DNA of 18,789 nt from Moorena sp. SIO3B2 (GTDB lineage: Bacteria > Cyanobacteriota > Cyanobacteriia > Cyanobacteriales > Coleofasciculaceae): positions 1 to 18,789 of the forward strand of contig NZ_JAAHHE010000120.1 in assembly GCF_010692525.1 (NCBI RefSeq). Reading direction: 5' to 3'. The notes below the pieces were generated by a model that was given only the letters and a program-made list of their open reading frames with translations, was not told the origin of the DNA and did not search any database. The number at the start of each line of letters is the position of its first letter. Within the stretch, counting starts at the first letter, position 1. The position numbers were made by a program, and so were the translations under genes. Shown here one piece after another: positions 16,584-18,789 of this stretch.

Positions 16584-18271
16584 ACCGTCATCAATCGGGA
16601 TAAAACCGAATAAAACGGCCAAGGTGCATTTTATTGATGTCTGAGTGAGGAGCGGTCAAGTAGCAATTGGAGTCAAGCCTCCCGCTCATCTATCTAGACG
16701 TTCCTCACATCCCGGTGAGGAGTTCCTTAAAAGCTTGAGTTTTGGCATGCTTGCGGTCAAGCCATCCTAGCTTAACCGCGTCAGCTAAAGTCAAATCCAT
16801 ACCTTCTAAGAAACGCGCAGTACGACGCAACAATACTGCCTGCACTTCAACCCTAGTCATAAACCGGGAGATTCCTTGATCTGTACCACGAGCAAGGATA
16901 TTCTTCGCAGCATTGTGATCAGCCTGCAACACGACCCCATTAAATCTGATAAAACTGTCCCCAATCCTTGCTCCCAATAAGGTGCCAGAAAAGGAGTCAA
17001 TTTGCGACGTGTAGCTTGGCTGGACTTCTGTCACAACCGAACCAGTCCAATTAGCCCATTTCTGCAAGGAGTACCGCATTTCTCCTTTCATCCAGCTATT
17101 CAACTTGCGAGACATAGCCTTTGACTGGCGTTTATTTTTGATTGGTTGCGTTAAATCCTCAGCAAAAATTCTTAGAGATTCTCCTTTGAAGAGGGATTTA
17201 GAAGCAGCCCCTATAATCGCCCTCAACTCTGATTGATCTCTTCTGTAACGACTGTTTTCTGTTTTTCGACTCAGATTATTTTTCAGTATCCGAGCTGATT
17301 TAGCTGGATCTATTTTTTCTAGCTTCCTATGTATTGCCCAGAGTTTTCCTCTGTTCCGATTTTTGGCGCATATTCGATGGCCAAAAGGCCACGCTACGCG
17401 AACGGATTTTATGGTTGCTATTTTGCCCAGGTTCTTCCCGTGTGCCTGACCATCTGAATCATAAAAAGCCTCGGTGTATCCCTTGTCTACTCCTATCGCT
17501 CGACGTTCAGGAGGAATCTCAGCTGTCCCGTGATTAACCAAAAAATGAATCTCAAATCTTGCCAGTAGAGAGTTGTATATTAGTCTAATCTGTCCTTTAA
17601 TATTTCGATTAGACCTAACTATTAGTTTGTTTCTTTTTCCTCTTCTGATTCCAGCTAATTCCAATTGATAAGTATAACGAGACAATCGTTTACACGAGTA
17701 TCCTCCTTGTTGGTATACAACTTGATTCTTGACCCAATAATGTCCTCTCTGAAACTCTTTCCTTACAAGTCTGTGCAATAGTGGATTATCCAGAAAAGCT
17801 GAAGTTTTGAGTTGCTTAGAGATATCCTTTCTGATCTTCTGGTTTTCCTTTCCAGGAAACCTCTTATAGATCTTTTTTATGACTGCCTCAATGGAAGCCG
17901 CTTGTTGAGCTGTGATAGTTTTAGCTACATCACTGACAGTCCATTCCATTAACTTGGAAGGCAAGCCCAGGGACTCAGGCTTCCTGAAGTCCCTGACTTC
18001 TGGGTAGGCTTTTTTCCAGTCAAGTCCCCAATGACTTATACTACCCAGCTTGTTGTAAGACTCAGACCTGACGACGCCTAGTTTTTTCATCGTAGACAAC
18101 AGCTCAAGCTCAACCGACTTAGCTATCCCTACAACTGGGACGACCTGAGTCGATATCTTCTTTACTGCGCCTACTTTCTTTTGCATCATCAACGGTGTGT
18201 ACAGCTTTTGCTATATACTGCCATTATAGTCTAGCGCTATAAAATTGTCAATGTCCAGTTCGCACTATTAA
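16584..18271 (-). mobile_element. Insertion element carrying a TnpB-like gene, minus orientation. Ends are approximate
   Basis: MVP-like coding sequence stops at 16583 and resumes at 18272. The 3' flank contains the hairpin cctcacatcccggtgagg. Confidence 0.5.
16705..18192 (-). CDS. TnpB-like (IS200/IS605 OrfB-type) RuvC-fold nuclease/transposase-associated protein, 495 aa, without the usual CxxC..CxxC zinc finger
   Basis: RuvC-I AIGVDKGYTEAFYDSDGQ, RuvC-II IFAEDLTQPIKNKRQSKAMSRKLNSW, RuvC-III VVLQADHNAAKNILARG. There are no Cys residues between RuvC-II and RuvC-III. Confidence 0.75.
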   Translation of the reverse strand: MMMQKKVGAVKKISTQVVPVVGIAKSVELELLSTMKKLGVVRSESYNKLGSISHWGLDWKKAYPEVRDFRKPESLGLPSKLMEWTVSDVAKTITAQQAASIEAVIKKIYKRFPGKENQKIRKDISKQLKTSAFLDNPLLHRLVRKEFQRGHYWVKNQVVYQQGGYSCKRLSRYTYQLELAGIRRGKRNKLIVRSNRNIKGQIRLIYNSLLARFEIHFLVNHGTAEIPPERRAIGVDKGYTEAFYDSDGQAHGKNLGKIATIKSVRVAWPFGHRICAKNRNRGKLWAIHRKLEKIDPAKSARILKNNLSRKTENSRYRRDQSELRAIIGAASKSLFKGESLRIFAEDLTQPIKNKRQSKAMSRKLNSWMKGEMRYSLQKWANWTGSVVTEVQPSYTSQIDSFSGTLLGARIGDSFIRFNGVVLQADHNAAKNILARGTDQGISRFMTRVEVQAVLLRRTARFLEGMDLTLADAVKLGWLDRKHAKTQAFKELLTGM

Positions 18272-18516
18272 ATACAGTTTTGTCCTAATTTTTCGGGACT
18301 TGACTGCGAGGCTCACATTAAGAGTGAAGAATACCGACAGAAAGTAGAAGCAATTGGTCCTCAAACCATTCAAGCGATCGCACAAGCAGGTCCGGAAATG
18401 CAGGCAAGACTTCTAGAAGCACTTGGTATCCAGAGTGTTTTGATTACCGATGGCAAAAATCCCATCAATCTATTTGGTGCAGCTAATGGTCTGATTAGTC
18501 CGCCAACTTCTAACTA
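18272..18516 (+). pseudogene. MVP homolog, C-terminal remnant (cap-helix end and cap-ring)
   Basis: [55 protein letters not shown] matches the recalled MVP [55 protein letters not shown]. Confidence 0.7.
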
Positions 18517-18528
18517 AGTACATGTGTA

Positions 18529-18566
18529 TCTGCTGCGCGCAGCAGACACAGCGCGCAGCAGACACA
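18529..18566. repeat. 18-bp perfect palindrome tctgctgcgcgcagcaga overlapping a tandem 16-mer gcgcgcagcagacaca x2
   Basis: Read directly. It sits just downstream of the MVP stop. Confidence 0.85.
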
Positions 18567-18586
18567 GATAGACTGATAACCCAACG

Positions 18587-18612
18587 CTATCTTACCGGTC
18601 TATCTTACCGGT
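18587..18612. repeat. 13-nt tandem repeat ctatcttaccggt x2
   Basis: Read directly. It overlaps the stop codon of the minus-strand partial CDS. Confidence 0.8.
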
Positions 18613-18789
18613 CTATATGTGTCGAAGGTTGAGAGTTGAGGTGTTGCTCAACTCTGTTAATGACCCCTAGTACGAGAAACAGAGCAAATACTACAGCAAC
18701 ACCGATAGCAGTCCACTTGAAAAAAACTAACTTTGGCCGACCTTTAGCTGGATAACCACAACTGAGGCAAATTTCATCGTTGGTGCTGG
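18605..18789 (-). CDS. Partial CDS, 3' end only (the gene continues beyond the window). Its C-terminus has CxxC and a TM helix
   Basis: Open frame from the window edge to TAA at 18605-18607, translating ...STNDEICLSCGYPAKGRPKLVFFKWTAIGVAVVFALFLVLGVINRVEQHLNSQPSTHIDR*. It is absent from the ORF track because no start lies in the window. Confidence 0.4.
   Translation of the reverse strand, partial: STNDEICLSCGYPAKGRPKLVFFKWTAIGVAVVFALFLVLGVINRVEQHLNSQPSTHIDR

Noticed and set aside
17334-17537. 67-aa plus-strand ORF
   Set aside because: Antisense to the TnpB-like gene.

Overview
This is probably a chromosomal segment from a heterocyst-type (Nostocales-like) cyanobacterium. The highly iterated palindrome GCGATCGC (HIP1) occurs at least 7 times, and the intergenic DNA is packed with STRR-like heptamer tandem repeats. 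A conserved housekeeping cluster, rpmG (L33), rpsR (S18) and an RNB-family exoribonuclease, is followed by an insertion-rich accessory stretch. (1) A degenerate IS200/IS605-family tnpB-only element abuts the start of an ammonium transporter gene. Two copies of a ~96-bp palindromic (PATE/MITE-like) element are associated with it, one just upstream of tnpB and one inserted inside it. Both copies form perfect 14-bp stems, and the 6 positions that differ between copies are all complementary within each copy. (2) A hypothetical membrane-protein locus carries in-frame tandem repeats. (3) A STAS-domain protein gene lies upstream of a 966-aa radical SAM (B12-binding type) plus DUF2344-like fusion. Its inter-domain linker carries 15 in-frame copies of a 15-nt repeat, translating to (P[AST]N[LR]Q)x15. 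This two-gene unit is flanked by inverted copies of a ggtgcg...cgcacc hairpin repeat family, and a third copy sits at the window start. (4) A pentapeptide-repeat protein. (5) N- and C-terminal remnants of a eukaryote-type major vault protein (MVP) homolog, split by a TnpB-like RuvC-nuclease IS gene (495 aa, no zinc finger) and by an internal deletion whose junction is a perfect 13-bp-stem palindrome carrying the same ccccg-N11-cggggagtgtcaa motif as the tnpB right end. I see no CRISPR array, rRNA or tRNA. I do not see a coherent multi-gene defence-type system. The most unusual items are the bacterial MVP remnant, the structurally conserved hairpin elements and the repeat-expanded rSAM linker. 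All protein calls rest on motif recognition by eye and recalled family sequences. No searches were run.
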